Assembly: GCA_963803805.1 (NCBI GenBank)
Contig: CAWDOD010000003.1
Span: 416,001 to 480,000 of the forward strand
Direction: 5' to 3'
Length of the DNA stretch: 64,000 nt
DNA from: an uncultured cyanobacterium
GTDB taxonomy: Bacteria > Cyanobacteriota > Cyanobacteriia > Cyanobacteriales > CAWCAG01
Shown here: in pieces, positions 10,324 to 21,407 of the stretch
Position numbering within the stretch: the first letter of the stretch is position 1
How the letters are laid out: the number at the start of each line of letters is the position of its first letter
Made by a program: the position numbers and the translations under genes
The notes under the pieces: model-generated
The model's database searches: none
What the model was told of the DNA's origin: nothing
What the model saw: the letters and a program-made list of their open reading frames with translations, nothing else

Positions 10324-10887
10324 TTATTTCTGTAAAGCCTTTAAATAATCAATAGCTGCTGCTAACTTAGAAGGATAAGCGTAAGCAAACTCCTCAAACC
10401 ACAGTCCTTCTTCAGAATCAACATCTAGTTGTTTCAGCCAACTTTCAGCCTGCTTCTCTATCTCTATTAATTGCTGCTGGCGTAATTTTTCCTGACGAAC
10501 TTCCTCTTGTTGTTCCTGTTCTTTAATCTCTTCTCTAATCTCAGCAAAAACTTTATTTTCTGCCCCAAATCTCATTTTTCTAGAAGCAGAATAAGAGTTT
10601 TTACTCGGCGAAAAGCCACTTTTATTTATATCAGATTTAACCTCGGACAACAAACTATCAAACCCAGAACGATGATTCTTAACAGAAACATCTTTTCCCT
10701 CTTCAAACTCAGACTTGACATTTGCCAAAAGACTATCTAAATCAGATGATTTTTCTTTCTCCTTTACTACTCCTAAAAACTCACCGGAACTTAATTTACG
10801 CTTATCTTCAACAGGTTGCGGAGATAATTTATTCTGCTTATCTTTTTCCTCATACTCCTTCTTAATCTCAGATAAAAGCTCATCCAT
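10324..10887 (-). CDS. Slr1339-family (salt-stress) coiled-coil protein
   Basis: Repeated D(E/S)LL..(I/V)K helices; C-terminal WLKQLD..SEEGLWFEEFAYAYPSKLAAAIDYL. Confidence 0.7.
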   Translation of the reverse strand: MDELLSEIKKEYEEKDKQNKLSPQPVEDKRKLSSGEFLGVVKEKEKSSDLDSLLANVKSEFEEGKDVSVKNHRSGFDSLLSEVKSDINKSGFSPSKNSYSASRKMRFGAENKVFAEIREEIKEQEQQEEVRQEKLRQQQLIEIEKQAESWLKQLDVDSEEGLWFEEFAYAYPSKLAAAIDYLKALQK

Positions 10888-10930
10888 TCCAAATCACCTA
10901 TTAGCAATTAGCAACTAGCAATTAGCAAAA

Positions 10931-11536
10931 TCAATCAGTAATTGCATTCAACAAAACCTCAGTCAAAGTGATATCTTCCATATCATCTATAGTAATAGTA
11001 TCGACAATATCGAACTTAGCCCCAGCACTTTGCAATTCATCATCCAAAATCTTCAAAAACCTCGTTGCTTCTGCATCATTGCCAACCTGTACAAAAGAAA
11101 TAGCCAACTCTTCATCTCGATCAATACGCCGCGATGCTTCCACAATCGTCCGCATCACTGCCTTACGGTCATCTGGTTCACCATCCGTTACCACCAAAAT
11201 CGTCTCTCCGTTAGATTTTGATTGACCAGATGCTTTATTTTGGAAATAACTGCCCAAAGCGTCTTGCAAAACTGCCGTTAAATTAGTCCTGCCAGAAGGC
11301 TCATTTTCAGTGAATATCTGTGACACTTTGTTGGCAGTAACATTGTTGTAGCGCTTAAACCGCCCAGAAAAAGTATAAACTGTAATGCCATCAGGATCTA
11401 AATCTTCGCACTTACTAGCCAAAGCTAAGGTAGACTCCTGCATCACCTGCCAACGGCTTTTCCCTCCCCACTGGTCTTTGATCGACATACTGCCACTTTT
11501 ATCAATAATTAGGGTATAGTCGCGGTCTTCTAGCAT
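10931..11536 (-). CDS. VWA domain protein
   Basis: MIDAS motif DKSGS, conserved T (GRTNL) and TDGEP. Confidence 0.88.
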   Translation of the reverse strand: MLEDRDYTLIIDKSGSMSIKDQWGGKSRWQVMQESTLALASKCEDLDPDGITVYTFSGRFKRYNNVTANKVSQIFTENEPSGRTNLTAVLQDALGSYFQNKASGQSKSNGETILVVTDGEPDDRKAVMRTIVEASRRIDRDEELAISFVQVGNDAEATRFLKILDDELQSAGAKFDIVDTITIDDMEDITLTEVLLNAITD

Positions 11537-11588
11537 GGAGTCCCCTTCCCTAGCTGGATTTTTTTACCTAATCTTAACTTAGCAACTC

Positions 11589-12066
11589 CTAGGCAGAAGC
11601 TAAGGTTTGGTCTAACGAAACCCAGCTAAACTTGCGAATCGCCTCCCAATTCTAAAATTACTTTCACCTTGGGTTCAAGCTTAGGTAAATTAACTAAATA
11701 TTCTCTTTCCTGGCGAGAAAGAACCTGTCCTTCCAAAATCCAAACTAATAAACCCTTCGCCTTAGCAGGCAAATTTTCCAATTGATAATTAATCATTGGC
11801 GGAATGTAATAAACTGGACCAACTGCCGCATCTTGGCCAATATCCTTTTTGCCCAAATGAGGAGGACGTACACCGTGTATTCCCGTCAAATATGCGGCTA
11901 AATCTCCTAATCCTCTGGCTGTAATATGTAAGCTTACGTAGCCATTTGCTCGCAAACGCCTTTGATAGCGTCCTTCAAACCCCCCTTCCAGGGGCATATA
12001 AACTCCTAAAGCGCCAGACTTATCTAAGTCCCGGATAAAGGATTTACCGCTTGTAATCAGTGCCAT
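11589..12066 (-). CDS. ndhN: NDH-1 subunit N, apparent +1 frameshift near 11637 (probable sequencing error)
   Basis: MALITSG, PLEGGFEGRYQRRLR, HGVRPPHLGK; removing one base gives GDRKFSWVSLDQTLASA* (158 aa). Confidence 0.88.
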
Positions 12067-12133
12067 TGCGTTTTAATTTTCGTTAAAATTCCCTAAGTCC
12101 TAATTATAGTATTTAACCTAAATTATTTTCTTG

Positions 12134-12162
12134 TTGACTAAACCAACTAAACTAGCTATAAT
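12134..12162 (+). promoter_or_regulatory. Sigma70-type promoter of the ribosomal protein operon
   Basis: TTGACT (12134-39), 17-nt spacer, TATAAT (12157-62). Confidence 0.8.
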
Positions 12163-12164
12163 TT

Positions 12165-12446
12165 ACGATTGTGACTAAAGTTAAAACCTTTACTTGCAAA
12201 CGTGCCTCGTTAAGATACTGGGGTTTTAAAAAATCTCTAAGTCTTAACGGTAACAGGCGAAAGTTAAAGCCAAGTATTTCTAATGTTGAGCTTAACTGGC
12301 GTACTTGGACTTTAGGACATTGCAGTAATAAATAAAGGTTCGCGCTCTCCTTTTGTGGAGAAGTTGCCTGTTGGCAGAAGACTCAGAATTTCTTTCGGTC
12401 TATCTGCTAGCTAAAGTGTCGTCTAGAAAGGAGAGGGGCTGCCGAA
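12165..12446 (+). promoter_or_regulatory. Structured 5' leader of rplC (candidate ribosomal leader RNA)
   Basis: Nested complementary segments forming a multi-way junction plus two further hairpins. Confidence 0.5.
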
Positions 12447-13091
12447 GTGTATTTAGGCATTCTTGGTACAAAACTAGGTATGACCCAAATCTTTGACCAA
12501 GAAACAGGGGTAGCTATTCCTGTAACAGTCATCGAAGCGGGTTCTTGCACAGTAACTCAAATAAAAACCGAAGAAACTGATGGCTATAATGCCATCCAAG
12601 TTGGCTATAAAGAAGCCAAACCCAAGGCAATTAACAAACCAGAGCAAGGCCACCTCAAAAAGGCCAATGCTCCTTTGTTACGCCATTTAAAAGAATATCG
12701 CTTAGATAGTCCCAACCAGTACGAACTAGGTCAAACCATCAAAGCCGATATCTTTAATCCTGGGCAAATAGTTGATGTGAGCGGAACTAGTACAGGAAAA
12801 GGTTTCGCCGGATATCAAAAACGACATAACTTTAAACGTGGTCCCATGTCCCACGGTTCCAAAAACCATCGCCTTCCTGGTTCAACTGGACCGGGAACAA
12901 CCCCAGGTAGAATCTTTCCTGGCAAGAAAATGGCAGGGCGCTTGGGAGGAGAGAAAGTAACTGTACGCAAACTCAAAGTAGTCAGCGTAGATGTAGAACG
13001 GAACCTCTTATTAGTCAAAGGGGCAATCCCAGGCAAACCAGGTGGTTTACTAAGTATTACCCCAGCCAAATGGGTTAAGCACAGTAATTAA
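12447..13091 (+). CDS. rplC: 50S ribosomal protein L3
   Basis: [24 protein letters not shown] start after AAGGAG. Confidence 0.98.
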   Translation: MYLGILGTKLGMTQIFDQETGVAIPVTVIEAGSCTVTQIKTEETDGYNAIQVGYKEAKPKAINKPEQGHLKKANAPLLRHLKEYRLDSPNQYELGQTIKADIFNPGQIVDVSGTSTGKGFAGYQKRHNFKRGPMSHGSKNHRLPGSTGPGTTPGRIFPGKKMAGRLGGEKVTVRKLKVVSVDVERNLLLVKGAIPGKPGGLLSITPAKWVKHSN

Positions 13092-13125
13092 ATCATCTCT
13101 TGCAAATGACAATTCAAAGAAACAA

Positions 13126-13758
13126 ATGGTTAAATGTATAGTCAAAAACTGGGAAGGAGAAGAGTTCTCCGAAGCAACTTTAGAGCTAAAAGTAGCTAAA
13201 GAAGAAAATGCTGCTCATATTGTCCACCGAGCTTTAGTACGGCAAATGACTAACGCTCGTCAAGGCAATGCTTCTACCAAAACTAGAGCCGAAGTTAGAG
13301 GCGGCGGTCGCAAACCCTGGCGACAAAAAGGTACTGGTCGCGCCCGTGCTGGTTCTATTCGCTCTCCTTTATGGAAAGGCGGTGGGGTAATCTTTGGTCC
13401 CAAACCGAGAACTTTTAACCTCAAAATGAATCGCAAAGAGCGACGTTTAGCCCTAAGAACAGCCTTTGCTAGTCGCTCTGAAGACTTATTGGTAGTAGCG
13501 GATTTTGCTGAGCAACTGCCTAAACCTAAAACTCAAGAAATGGTCAAAGCTTTGGCTCGTTGGGGTGTAGAACCACGTCAGAAAGTCTTGCTGATCTTGC
13601 CGGAAGTAGCCGAAAACGTCAACCTCTCAGCGCGAAATATAGCTAACCTCAAGCTAATTCGCACCAACAACCTCAACGTTTACGATTTATTAGTAGCTGA
13701 CAAAATCGTCACCACATCTGAAGGTTTGGCAAAAATCCAGGAGGTTTATAGTGACTAA
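13126..13758 (+). CDS. rplD: 50S ribosomal protein L4
   Basis: [15 protein letters not shown]. Confidence 0.98.
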   Translation: MVKCIVKNWEGEEFSEATLELKVAKEENAAHIVHRALVRQMTNARQGNASTKTRAEVRGGGRKPWRQKGTGRARAGSIRSPLWKGGGVIFGPKPRTFNLKMNRKERRLALRTAFASRSEDLLVVADFAEQLPKPKTQEMVKALARWGVEPRQKVLLILPEVAENVNLSARNIANLKLIRTNNLNVYDLLVADKIVTTSEGLAKIQEVYSD

Positions 13759-14053
13759 TTACAATCCCCGTGACTTGCCGGATCTAATTATCAAGCCCAT
13801 TGTTACAGAAAAGGCCACCTTACTCTTAGAAAACAATCAATACGTCTTTGATGTCGCTCTTAAAGCGGATAAACCGAAAATCAAAGCAGCCATTGAAAGC
13901 TTATTTGATGTCAAAGTAACCAAAGTCAACACCAGTCGTCCTCCCCGGAAAAAGCGCCGCGTTGGTAAATATATCGGTTATAAACCTCAATATAAAAGAG
14001 CGATTATCACCTTAGCAGAAGGTGACTCCATAACCTTATTCCCAGAAGTGTAA
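13751..14053 (+). CDS. rplW: 50S ribosomal protein L23
   Basis: PIVTEKA, KRAIITL; operon position. Confidence 0.97.
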   Translation: MTNYNPRDLPDLIIKPIVTEKATLLLENNQYVFDVALKADKPKIKAAIESLFDVKVTKVNTSRPPRKKRRVGKYIGYKPQYKRAIITLAEGDSITLFPEV

Positions 14054-14079
14054 ACTTGTATCTTTTATTTCTTTAAGTT

Positions 14080-14928
14080 ATGGCTATCCGTTCTTATCGG
14101 CCCTATACTCCTGGTACTCGTCAAGCGACAGTTTCAGACTTTTCTGAAATTACCAAAAGTAAGCCGGAAAAATCCCTAACCAAATTTAAACATCGCGCCA
14201 AAGGTCGTAACAATCGTGGTGTCATCACCAGTCGCCGTCGTGGTGGTGGTCATAAGCGCCTCTATCGCCAAATCGACTTTCGCCGCGACAAGCGCAATAT
14301 GCCCGCAGAAGTGCTGGCAATAGAGTATGATCCCAACCGCAACGCCAGAATAGCTCTGTTGCACTATGAAGATGGTGAAAAGCGTTATATACTCTGCCCT
14401 GCCGGATTAACCGTTGGCACCACAGTAATTTCTAGTAGCGATGCTCCCTATGAAATTGGTAATGCCTTACCCCTAGCCAAAATACCTCTAGGTACCACGG
14501 TTCACAATGTTGAAATGAAACCAGGCAAAGGCGGACAAATTGTTCGTTCTGCTGGTGCAGCAGCTCAGGTTGTTGCTAAAGAAGGTAACTATGTCACTAT
14601 CAAATTACCTTCTAAAGAAGTGCGTATGATACGCAAAGAATGCTACGCTACCATCGGCCAAGTTGGTAATGCAGAAGCTCGTAACCTCAGCTTAGGAAAA
14701 GCTGGTCGTTCTCGCCGTCTAGGGCGAAGACCAAAAGTACGAGGTAGTGCCATGAACCCGGTAGACCATCCCCACGGCGGTGGAGAAGGGCGCGCTCCTA
14801 TTGGCAGAAGCGGTCCGGTGTCCCCTTGGGGTAAACCAACTTTGGGAGCTAAAACTCGTAAAAAGAAAAAGCTCAGCAATGCTCTGATTGTTCGCCGTCG
14901 TCGTTCTGGTAAAGGTAAAAAAGACTAA
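14080..14928 (+). CDS. rplB: 50S ribosomal protein L2
   Basis: [25 protein letters not shown]. Confidence 0.98.
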   Translation: MAIRSYRPYTPGTRQATVSDFSEITKSKPEKSLTKFKHRAKGRNNRGVITSRRRGGGHKRLYRQIDFRRDKRNMPAEVLAIEYDPNRNARIALLHYEDGEKRYILCPAGLTVGTTVISSSDAPYEIGNALPLAKIPLGTTVHNVEMKPGKGGQIVRSAGAAAQVVAKEGNYVTIKLPSKEVRMIRKECYATIGQVGNAEARNLSLGKAGRSRRLGRRPKVRGSAMNPVDHPHGGGEGRAPIGRSGPVSPWGKPTLGAKTRKKKKLSNALIVRRRRSGKGKKD

Positions 14929-14969
14929 ACGAACTTTTGACTAAAATAACTTTACATCGGAAATAAACT

Positions 14970-15251
14970 ATGGGTCGTTCTTTAAAAAAAGGGCCATTTG
15001 TTGCTGATAGCTTACTAAGCAAAATTGAAAAACTCAATGCCAAGGACGAGAAAAAGGTTATAAAAACCTGGTCGAGGGCTTCAACAATCTTGCCTCAAAT
15101 GGTTGGTCACACTATTGCTGTCCATAATGGCCGCCAACACGTGCCGATTTTTATCAATGAACAAATGGTTGGTCATAAACTAGGGGAATTCGCCCCGACA
15201 AGAACCTTTCGAGGCCATTCCAAAGGTGACAAGAAAGCTGGTCGTCGATAA
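14970..15251 (+). CDS. rpsS: 30S ribosomal protein S19
   Basis: [20 protein letters not shown]. Confidence 0.98.
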   Translation: MGRSLKKGPFVADSLLSKIEKLNAKDEKKVIKTWSRASTILPQMVGHTIAVHNGRQHVPIFINEQMVGHKLGEFAPTRTFRGHSKGDKKAGRR

Positions 15252-15317
15252 AAAGCTCACCTAGCCGTCAACTGTTAATAAATTAAGTATTCATGATGGC
15301 TTTAAGAGGAGAAAACT

Positions 15318-15677
15318 ATGGTGGTAGATACTACAGAAGAAGTAAAAGCGATCGCTCGCTATATCCGGATGTCCCCCCGCAAGGTTAGACGGGTCTTAGA
15401 CCAAATTCGCGGTCGTACCTATAGAGAAGCCCTAATTTTATTGGAGTTTATGCCCTATCGTGCCTGTGGTCCAGTGCTTAAAGCATTGCGTTCTGCTGGC
15501 GCTAACGCTGAGCATAATGCCGGATTAGACAGAGCCTCTCTAGTTATTAGCCAAGCCTATGCCGATCAAGGGCCCACCTTGAAGCGCTTTAGGCCGAGGG
15601 CCCAAGGTAGAGCTTACCAAATCCGCAAACCAACTTGTCACATCACTATTGCTGTGGCTCCGGAAATGGAGGAATAG
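15318..15677 (+). CDS. rplV: 50S ribosomal protein L22
   Basis: [14 protein letters not shown]. Confidence 0.98.
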   Translation: MVVDTTEEVKAIARYIRMSPRKVRRVLDQIRGRTYREALILLEFMPYRACGPVLKALRSAGANAEHNAGLDRASLVISQAYADQGPTLKRFRPRAQGRAYQIRKPTCHITIAVAPEMEE

Positions 15678-15715
15678 CTCCGAGATTTGACTAACTAGTA
15701 GTAAAGGAAAAGTTT

Positions 15716-16435
15716 GTGGGACAAAAAATTCATCCAATTGGTTTCCGGTTAGGGGTAACCAAAGAACACTCTTCTCGCTGGTATGCTGACACAAAACGCT
15801 ATCCAGAACTGCTGCAAGAAGACCATAAAATTCGCCAGTATGTTGACAAAAACCTTAATAATGCTGGAATTTCAGACATCCGTATTGAACGCAAAGCCGA
15901 TCAAATTGACTTGGAAGTTCATACAGCTAGACCCGGTGTTGTCGTCGGACGGGGTGGTAGCGGCATTGAATCCTTGAGAACGGGGCTACAAAATGCCTTG
16001 GGAAGCAATCGTCAAATTCGGATCAATGTCATTGAAGTAACTAGAGTAGATGCTGATGCTACTCTGATTGCCGAAAATATTGCTCAACAATTAGAAAGGC
16101 GGGTTTCTTTTCGTAGAGTAGTACGTCAAGCTATTCAAAGGGCTCAACGAGCAGATGTCCAAGGTATCAAAATTCAGGTAAGCGGCCGACTCAATGGAGC
16201 AGAAATTGCTCGTACTGAGTGGACTCGCGAAGGTCGAGTTCCCTTACATACTCTTCGGGCTGACATTGATTATTCCTACCGCACCGCTAAAACTATCTAC
16301 GGTATTTTAGGAGTCAAGGTTTGGGTCTTTAAAGGAGAGATTATTCCGGGACAAGAAGAACAATCAACCCCAAACCCGTCCCAAACTCCGCGCCGTCAGC
16401 TTCGCCGCCAGCAGTTTGAAGACCGATCTGAATAA
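15716..16435 (+). CDS. rpsC: 30S ribosomal protein S3
   Basis: [25 protein letters not shown]. Confidence 0.98.
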   Translation: MGQKIHPIGFRLGVTKEHSSRWYADTKRYPELLQEDHKIRQYVDKNLNNAGISDIRIERKADQIDLEVHTARPGVVVGRGGSGIESLRTGLQNALGSNRQIRINVIEVTRVDADATLIAENIAQQLERRVSFRRVVRQAIQRAQRADVQGIKIQVSGRLNGAEIARTEWTREGRVPLHTLRADIDYSYRTAKTIYGILGVKVWVFKGEIIPGQEEQSTPNPSQTPRRQLRRQQFEDRSE

Positions 16436-16453
16436 AGGGGCCAAAAACCAATT

Positions 16454-16873
16454 ATGCTAAGTCCAAAAAGAACCAAATTTCGCAAACAGCACCGCGGCCG
16501 TATGAGAGGTCTAGCCCATCGGGGAAATAGAGTTGACTTTGGGGATTTTGCTCTCCAAGCAATTGAACCTAGCTGGGTCACATCACGGCAAATCGAGGCT
16601 GCCCGTCGAGCTATGACTCGCTATGTCCGTAGAGGCGGTAAAATCTGGATTCGTATTTTCCCTGACAAACCTGTCACCATGCGTCCTGCTGAAACAAGAA
16701 TGGGTTCTGGTAAAGGCTCTCCTGAATACTGGGTAGCCGTAGTCAAGCCAGGACGCATCATGTTTGAAATGGCAGGTGTTTCAGAAGAAATTGCCAGAGA
16801 AGCAATGCGCCTTGCGGCTCAAAAGCTACCTTTGAAAACCAAATTTGTTACCCGCGCTGAGGATCAACTCTAA
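16454..16873 (+). CDS. rplP: 50S ribosomal protein L16
   Basis: [19 protein letters not shown]. Confidence 0.98.
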   Translation: MLSPKRTKFRKQHRGRMRGLAHRGNRVDFGDFALQAIEPSWVTSRQIEAARRAMTRYVRRGGKIWIRIFPDKPVTMRPAETRMGSGKGSPEYWVAVVKPGRIMFEMAGVSEEIAREAMRLAAQKLPLKTKFVTRAEDQL

Positions 16874-16876
16874 ATC

Positions 16877-17119
16877 ATGGCTTTTCCTAAAATAGCAGAA
16901 GTAAGAAGTTTAAGCGATGAAGAACTGGCTGAAGAGATTGTTGCTGTTAAAAAGAAATTATTTGAGCTAAGACTCGAAAAAGTCACCCGCCAGACAGAAA
17001 CGACCCATGAGCCTAAGCACGCTCGACATCGCTTAGCTCAACTATTAACTGTAGAAAGGGAGCGTCAACTGCAAGCTTCTACTAATGATTCCCCCATTGC
17101 TAAAGAACAAGAGGAGTAA
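16877..17119 (+). CDS. rpmC: 50S ribosomal protein L29
   Basis: LFELRL...[11 protein letters not shown]; operon position. Confidence 0.95.
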   Translation: MAFPKIAEVRSLSDEELAEEIVAVKKKLFELRLEKVTRQTETTHEPKHARHRLAQLLTVERERQLQASTNDSPIAKEQEE

Positions 17120-17127
17120 AACTTAAT

Positions 17128-17376
17128 ATGGCCGTTAAAGAAAGAGTGGGATTAGTAGTTAGCGACAAAATGGATAAAACCGTTGTTGTGGCTATAGAAA
17201 ACCGTTCTCCTCATCCTAAGTACGGAAAAATAGTTGTTCGCACTAAGCGATACAAAGTTCACGACGAGGAAAACAAATGTAAATCAGGAGACAGAGTTCG
17301 CATTAGAGAGACTCGTCCCCTCAGTCGTACCAAGCGCTGGAGCGTGACTGACATTCTCAATGAAAGCAGCAAGTAA
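17128..17376 (+). CDS. rpsQ: 30S ribosomal protein S17
   Basis: [23 protein letters not shown]. Confidence 0.98.
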   Translation: MAVKERVGLVVSDKMDKTVVVAIENRSPHPKYGKIVVRTKRYKVHDEENKCKSGDRVRIRETRPLSRTKRWSVTDILNESSK

Positions 17377-17403
17377 ATAGTTAAATTAGTAACTACTAGA
17401 ACC

Positions 17404-17772
17404 GTGATTCAACAGCAATCTTACCTTAATGTTGCCGACAACAGTGGCGCTCGTCAACTAATGTGCCTGCGGGTTCTGGGGTCTGGAAACCGCCGCTACG
17501 GCGGCATTGGCGATGTTATTATCGCTGTGGTTAAAGACGCTATTCCCAACATGGCAGTCAAAAAATCTGATGTAGTACGAGCGGTTATTGTTCGTACCCG
17601 TCACAGCATCCGTAGAGAAAGTGGTATGAGTATTCGTTTCGACGATAATGCTGCTGTAATTATTAATCCTGATAATAATCCTAGAGGAACTAGGGTTTTT
17701 GGTCCTGTAGCCAGGGAATTAAGGGAAAAAAACTTTACTAAAATCGTTTCTCTCGCTCCGGAGGTGATCTAA
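17404..17772 (+). CDS. rplN: 50S ribosomal protein L14
   Basis: [19 protein letters not shown]. Confidence 0.98.
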   Translation: MIQQQSYLNVADNSGARQLMCLRVLGSGNRRYGGIGDVIIAVVKDAIPNMAVKKSDVVRAVIVRTRHSIRRESGMSIRFDDNAAVIINPDNNPRGTRVFGPVARELREKNFTKIVSLAPEVI

Positions 17773-18119
17773 TGGCTCAAACAAAAGGTAGCCCCACTCG
17801 CTACAAAATGCACGTTAAAAAAGGAGATACAGTACAGGTTATCTCTGGTAGGGATAAAGGGAAAGTCGGGGAAATAACCACAGTTTTTCCTAAGACGAGT
17901 AAAGTCTTAGTTGAAGGGGTTAACATTATAACCAAACACGTTAAACCGCAACAAGAAGGCGAATCAGGTCAAATCGTTACCGAAGAAGCGCCGATCCATA
18001 GCTCTAATGTGATGTTGTATTCCACTAAAGAGAAAGTAACTAGTCGAACTTCCTACACTTTTACAGAGGATGGTCGTAAAGTCAGGATGCTAAAAAAGAC
18101 AGGTGAGATTATTGACTAA
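17772..18119 (+). CDS. rplX: 50S ribosomal protein L24
   Basis: [25 protein letters not shown]. Confidence 0.98.
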   Translation: MAQTKGSPTRYKMHVKKGDTVQVISGRDKGKVGEITTVFPKTSKVLVEGVNIITKHVKPQQEGESGQIVTEEAPIHSSNVMLYSTKEKVTSRTSYTFTEDGRKVRMLKKTGEIID

Positions 18120-18184
18120 TTTAGTCTCTCTAGCTGTTAAAAACATTCCCTGACCAAGCCCAGGGAAATTTACACTCAAAAACC

Positions 18185-18730
18185 ATGACACAAAGACTAA
18201 AGACTATTTATCAAGATAAAATTGTTCCTAAGTTAAAAGAACAGTTTGGATATACTAATATCCATCAAGTCCCTAAAGTCGAAAAAATTACCATTAATCG
18301 AGGTTTAGGAGAAGCATCTCAAAATACTAAAGCCCTGGAATCATCTCTTCGGGAATTAGCAACGATTACGGGGCAAAAACCTGTAGTTACTAGAGCGAAA
18401 AAAGCGATCGCTGGTTTTAAAATTCGTGAGGGGATGCCGGTTGGGGTAATGGTCACTTTACGCCAAGAAAGAATGTATGCCTTCCTAGATCGCTTAATTA
18501 GTTTGTCCTTGCCCAGAATTAGAGATTTCCGTGGTGTGAGTCCAAAAAGCTTTGATGGTAGAGGCAACTATAGTCTTGGCATTAGGGAGCAACTTATTTT
18601 TCCAGAAATTGACTACGATAGCATCGACCAAATTCGTGGCATGGATATTTCCATTGTAACCACAGCAAATACTGATGAGGAAGGCCGAGCTTTACTCAAA
18701 GAAATGGGTATGCCTTTCCGGAACAATTGA
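18185..18730 (+). CDS. rplE: 50S ribosomal protein L5
   Basis: [16 protein letters not shown]. Confidence 0.98.
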   Translation: MTQRLKTIYQDKIVPKLKEQFGYTNIHQVPKVEKITINRGLGEASQNTKALESSLRELATITGQKPVVTRAKKAIAGFKIREGMPVGVMVTLRQERMYAFLDRLISLSLPRIRDFRGVSPKSFDGRGNYSLGIREQLIFPEIDYDSIDQIRGMDISIVTTANTDEEGRALLKEMGMPFRNN

Positions 18731-18825
18731 TTAGGCGGGAGGGTTAAGTCGACTTAATTTTTCACCATTAACGTTGCTACTAACTTGCCCCTATAACCTA
18801 TTAAAAGGAGACAAAAAAGCAAAGA

Positions 18826-19227
18826 ATGGCTTCTAATGACACAATTTCAGATATGCTAACCCGCATCCGGAATGCTTGCTTAGTTAGGCATTCCACCACC
18901 AACGTTCCTTCAACAAGGATGACTCGCAGCATAGCTCAAGTCCTTAAGGATGAAGGCTTTATCGCTGACTTTGAAGAAGTGGGTGAAGTTATTAAAAAAA
19001 ATTTAGTAATCTCCCTTAAATACAAAGGAAGAAACCGTCAGCCCATTATTACTAATTTAAAAAGAGTTAGTAAGCCTGGCTTAAGAGTTTACAAAAATCG
19101 CAAAGAATTACCAAGAGTTTTAGGTGGTATTGGCATTGCTGTCATTTCTACCTCAAGTGGCATCATGACTGATAGAGAAGCTAGACGAAAAGGAATTGGC
19201 GGAGAAATCCTCTGTTATGTATGGTAG
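18826..19227 (+). CDS. rpsH: 30S ribosomal protein S8
   Basis: [17 protein letters not shown]. Confidence 0.98.
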   Translation: MASNDTISDMLTRIRNACLVRHSTTNVPSTRMTRSIAQVLKDEGFIADFEEVGEVIKKNLVISLKYKGRNRQPIITNLKRVSKPGLRVYKNRKELPRVLGGIGIAVISTSSGIMTDREARRKGIGGEILCYVW

Positions 19228-19313
19228 CCATTGGCTAGTTGTCACCTTGAGTCATCGATATTTAGTACCGTCAAAAACTTAAGAACAAAGTCAAACAATG
19301 GAGTAGCTCAATC

Positions 19314-19853
19314 ATGTCTCGTATTGGCAAGCGTCCAATTCCAATTCCTAGTAAAGTAACAGTAGATATAAAAGGGCAACAGGTTACTGTCAAAGGCCCT
19401 AAAGGTACTCTAGATAGAGTATTACCCGACAAAGTAACAGTGGAGCAACAAGGAGATACCCTTGAAGTTCAACGCCAGGATGAGTCTCGTATCTCTCGCC
19501 AACTCCATGGTCTATCTCGAACTCTAGTTGCCAACATGGTAGAAGGGGTATCTCAAGGGTATGCGAAACACTTAGATATTCAAGGTATAGGTTATCGCGC
19601 CCAGGTTCAAGGCAAAAAGCTGATTCTCAATGTTGGTTACAGTAATCCTGTGGAGATTGATCCTCCAGAGGGAATACAGCTAGCCGTGGAAAAAAATACC
19701 CAAGTAACAGTTAGTGGCATCAACAAAGAAATTGTTGGTAATGTAGCTGCCCAAATTCGAGCAGTTAGACCCCCAGAGCCTTATAAAGGTAAAGGTATTC
19801 GCTATAAAGGTGAATTCGTCAGACGTAAAGCTGGTAAAGCAGGTAAGAAGTAA
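19314..19853 (+). CDS. rplF: 50S ribosomal protein L6
   Basis: [17 protein letters not shown]. Confidence 0.98.
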   Translation: MSRIGKRPIPIPSKVTVDIKGQQVTVKGPKGTLDRVLPDKVTVEQQGDTLEVQRQDESRISRQLHGLSRTLVANMVEGVSQGYAKHLDIQGIGYRAQVQGKKLILNVGYSNPVEIDPPEGIQLAVEKNTQVTVSGINKEIVGNVAAQIRAVRPPEPYKGKGIRYKGEFVRRKAGKAGKK

Positions 19854-19857
19854 AAAA

Positions 19858-20220
19858 ATGAAGCCTTCTCGTAAACAATTAGTTAAACGCCGTCATCAAA
19901 GAATACGTCGTCAAGTTCGCGGCACATCTACTCGCCCTCGGTTAGCTGTTTTTCGCTCTAACCACCATATTTATGCTCAAGTTATCGACGACCAAGCTCA
20001 GCATACTCTAGCTGCTGCCTCTACACTAGACCCAGACTTGAAAAGTAAAATACCTTCTGGGGCAACTTGCGAAGCTTCCTCGGAAGTGGGCAAATTAGTA
20101 GCAGCAAGAGCTAAAGAACAAGGTATCGCAAAAGTGGTTTTTGATAGGGGGGGCAATCTTTATCATGGTAGAGTCAAAGCTCTTGCTGATGCTGCTCGCG
20201 AAGGAGGATTAGATTTTTGA
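19858..20220 (+). CDS. rplR: 50S ribosomal protein L18 (likely start ATG 19858, not 19810)
   Basis: [21 protein letters not shown]. Confidence 0.97.
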   Translation: MKPSRKQLVKRRHQRIRRQVRGTSTRPRLAVFRSNHHIYAQVIDDQAQHTLAAASTLDPDLKSKIPSGATCEASSEVGKLVAARAKEQGIAKVVFDRGGNLYHGRVKALADAAREGGLDF

Positions 20221-20285
20221 TTTTTAATAAGTATAAGTCAAAGTGTTTATTTTTCAATTAAAACTCTAAAAAACAAAAAAGCGTC

Positions 20286-20807
20286 ATGGCTAAAGGTAAA
20301 AAAAACAAGCGTGCCAAAGAAAAAGAATCAACTTGGCAAGAAAGGGTAATTCAAATTCGTCGAGTTAGTAAAGTTGTTAAGGGTGGTAAAAAATTAAGCT
20401 TCCGTGCCATCGTTGTAGTTGGCAATGAGAAAGGTCAAGTAGGAGTTGGTGTCGGTAAAGCAAGTGATGTTATTGGTGCTGTCCGTAAAGGAGTTGCCGA
20501 TGGCAAAAAGCAGTTAATTGAAGTTTCTTTAACTAAATCCAATTCCATTACTCACCCAGCAAATGGTATCTCTGGAGGGGCGAAAGTCATAGTACGACCT
20601 GCTGCACCCGGTACTGGTGTAATTGCTGGCGGTGCTGTTCGTACCGTATTAGAACTAGCGGGAGTAAAAAATATCTTAGCTAAACAGTTAGGTTCTAACA
20701 ACCCTTTAAATAATGCTAGGGCAGCTATTAATGCCCTAGATGGTTTGCGAACTTTTTCTGATGTGGCTGAAGAAAGAGGAATCCCCATTGAAAAGCTCTA
20801 TATATAG
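20286..20807 (+). CDS. rpsE: 30S ribosomal protein S5
   Basis: [22 protein letters not shown]. Confidence 0.98.
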   Translation: MAKGKKNKRAKEKESTWQERVIQIRRVSKVVKGGKKLSFRAIVVVGNEKGQVGVGVGKASDVIGAVRKGVADGKKQLIEVSLTKSNSITHPANGISGGAKVIVRPAAPGTGVIAGGAVRTVLELAGVKNILAKQLGSNNPLNNARAAINALDGLRTFSDVAEERGIPIEKLYI

Positions 20808-20844
20808 CTAGATTGCAACAATTGGAAGTTTACAAAAACAAATT

Positions 20845-21289
20845 ATGAGAATTAACGACGCTGTACCTAAAAAAGGTTCTAAAAAAAGGCCCCGCCGCTT
20901 AGGTAGGGGCATTTCCGCAGGACAAGGAGCTAGCTGTGGTAAAGGGATGCGTGGTCAAAAAGCTCGTTCAGGAACAGGAACAAAACCAGGTTTTGAAGGG
21001 GGACAAATGCCCCTTTATCGCCGCATCCCTAAATTAAAGCACTTTACAGTCATTAATCCTCGGCATTACACTACAATCAACGTTAAGAATCTTTCTTCTG
21101 TGGCTGCTAACAGTGAAGTAACTCTTGCCTCTTTATTAGAAAGCGGCATTGTAACTCAAAATGATGGCCCTTCTCAAAATTCTTGGCGATGGAGAATTAA
21201 ATGTTCCTTTACAAGTAAAAGCGGCTGCTTTTACAACTAGCGCACGCCAGAAAATTGAAGCGGCTGGTGGTAGCTGGGAAATTATTTAA
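20845..21289 (+). CDS. rplO: 50S ribosomal protein L15, apparent +1 frameshift near 21171 (probable sequencing error)
   Basis: [12 protein letters not shown]; removing one T gives [10 protein letters not shown]...[16 protein letters not shown] (147 aa). Confidence 0.95.
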
Positions 21290-21407
21290 AATGGGTCAAA
21301 TATCGGTTAGATAATTGCTAGTAGAGATTAGCTAGCAAAATAATTTTAAAAAAAAGAATTAAAATTATCATAAACCTATCTCTAGTAACCTTAAAAAGTC
21401 AAAATTC

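Noticed and set aside
10898..10930. TAGCAAT-type heptamer runs here and near 35820, 36710 and 54360
   Set aside because: Ordinary cyanobacterial short tandem repeats
21160..21180. Programmed frameshifting in rplO or ndhN
   Set aside because: No slippery sequence or stimulator; sequencing error is simpler
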